From the NCBI RefSeq assembly GCF_004376175.1, contig NZ_SNUY01000005.1, positions 1 through 32,000 of the forward strand: 32,000 nucleotides of DNA. Direction: 5' to 3'. The number at the start of each line of letters is the position of its first letter. Position 1 is the stretch's first letter. Position numbers and translations under genes: made by a program. The stretch comes from Halalkalibacterium halodurans (lineage in GTDB: Bacteria > Bacillota > Bacilli > Bacillales > Bacillaceae_D). This document shows positions 30,865 through 32,000 of this stretch, in pieces. The notes under the pieces were generated by a model. The model was given only the letters and a program-made list of their open reading frames with translations, did not search any database and was not told where the DNA came from.

Positions 30865-32000
30865 CTACTTTTTTCGAGTGCCATTCGTCATATCTTTTTC
30901 CATCGCTTCGAAAAATTCGTCGTTCGTTTTTGTTTCTTTCACACGGCGAATAAAATGATCGACAAATTCCGGTGAATCGTTCATTGTCTTTCTCACCGCC
31001 CAAAGCTTTTCTAAATGTTCTTTTGGCATGAGGAGTTCCTCTTTCCGCGTGCTTGAACGGCGAATATCGATTGCAGGGAAAATCCGACGCTCCGATAGCT
31101 TCCGATCTAAGTGAAGCTCCATATTCCCTGTACCTTTAAATTCTTCATAAATGACGTCATCCATCCGTGACCCTGTTTCCACAAGCGCGGTCGCCAAAAT
31201 CGTTAAGCTTCCGCCTTCTTCAATGTTCCGCGCCGCTCCGAAAAATCGCTTCGGACGGTGGAATGCCGCTGGATCAATTCCTCCAGACAACGTTCGTCCA
31301 CTCGGTGGAATGACTAAGTTGTAGGCACGGGCGAGTCGGGTAATGCTATCCATTAGGATGATGACATCCTTTTTGTGCTCTACAAGACGCATCGCTCGCT
31401 CTAACACGAGCTCGGCCACTTTAATATGATTCTCTGGTACCTCATCGAATGTCGAGCTGACCACGTCGGCATCTACGGAGCGCTCAATGTCTGTAACTTC
31501 TTCCGGACGCTCATCAATGAGGAGGACGATTAGTTCTACATCCGGGTGGTTGTGGACAATGCTGTTAGCAATCTCTTTCAACAAGGATGTCTTCCCTGCC
31601 TTTGGCGGCGCTACAATTAAGCCACGCTGACCAAATCCAACGGGTGAGATCATATCGATAATCCGCGAAGAAATTCGTCCAGGCGTTGTTTCTAAATTAA
31701 GCTTTCTCTCAGGGTATAATGGCGTAAGAGCTGGAAAGTGCGGCCGCTCTTTGGACGTATCGGGATCTTCTCCGTTAACCGCTTCCACATGCAAAAGGCC
31801 ATGATAACGCTCATTTTCTTTAGGTGGCCTTACTTTACCTGATACCTTGTCTCCATTTCGCAAATCAAAACGGCGAATTTGTGAGGCAGAAATGTAAATG
31901 TCTTCAGAGCTTGGCATGTAATTAATTGGTCTTAAGAAACCAAACCCTTCCGACTGGATAATTTCGAGGACCCCTTCCATGAACATAAGTCCGTCTTCCT
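30865..32000 (-). CDS. rho: Transcription termination factor Rho (partial; N-terminus beyond the window end)
   Basis: The reading frame stays open past the track start (..[13 protein letters not shown]) to base 32000. RNA-binding domain GFGFLR; Walker A PPKAGKT; C-terminus typical of Bacillus Rho. Confidence 0.95.
   Translation of the reverse strand, partial: EDGLMFMEGVLEIIQSEGFGFLRPINYMPSSEDIYISASQIRRFDLRNGDKVSGKVRPPKENERYHGLLHVEAVNGEDPDTSKERPHFPALTPLYPERKLNLETTPGRISSRIIDMISPVGFGQRGLIVAPPKAGKTSLLKEIANSIVHNHPDVELIVLLIDERPEEVTDIERSVDADVVSSTFDEVPENHIKVAELVLERAMRLVEHKKDVIILMDSITRLARAYNLVIPPSGRTLSGGIDPAAFHRPKRFFGAARNIEEGGSLTILATALVETGSRMDDVIYEEFKGTGNMELHLDRKLSERRIFPAIDIRRSSTRKEELLMPKEHLEKLWAVRKTMNDSPEFVDHFIRRVKETKTNDEFFEAMEKDMTNGTRKK

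Overview
This window looks like the conserved Bacillaceae chromosomal block rho - rpmE - tdk - prfA - prmC - spoIIR - ywlB - tsaC(ywlC) - mntP(ywlD) - ywlE - rpiB - ywlG - glyA - upp - atpZIBEFHAGDC - ywzB - ywmB - murAA - spoIID. Almost everything is on the minus strand, the arrangement expected for leading-strand genes. Motifs in the ATP synthase c and a subunits, plus an atpZ gene, suggest an alkaliphilic Bacillus-type host (Halalkalibacterium/Alkalihalobacillus-like); this is an inference.

Several insertions or differences stand out relative to B. subtilis 168 synteny as I recall it:
- a partial IS transposase at the left edge that is open to base 1 and absent from the ORF track;
- a Vpr-like S8 protease between upp and the atp operon;
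- a sensor-less MCP overlapping the 3' end of ywlE;
- a plus-strand pair (CoA-disulfide-reductase-like gene and pncA) plus a lipoprotein gene between prfA and tdk.

I found no defence system, CRISPR array, tRNA, rRNA or prophage.

The signals most worth follow-up are non-coding:
1. A tight cluster of four perfect DnaA boxes in and next to the 5' end of tsaC. As I recall, B. subtilis has a DnaA-box cluster at the same locus.
2. A roughly 150-nt element between the glyA terminator and the upp promoter. It folds into a multi-helix junction whose hairpins carry GNRA tetraloops only on the minus strand.
3. An unusually long (213 nt), hairpin-rich atpD-atpC spacer.

The ORF track counts GTG and TTG as starts and reports the longest ORF. 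I therefore trimmed many starts to the site with a Shine-Dalgarno sequence and an ortholog-like N-terminus.
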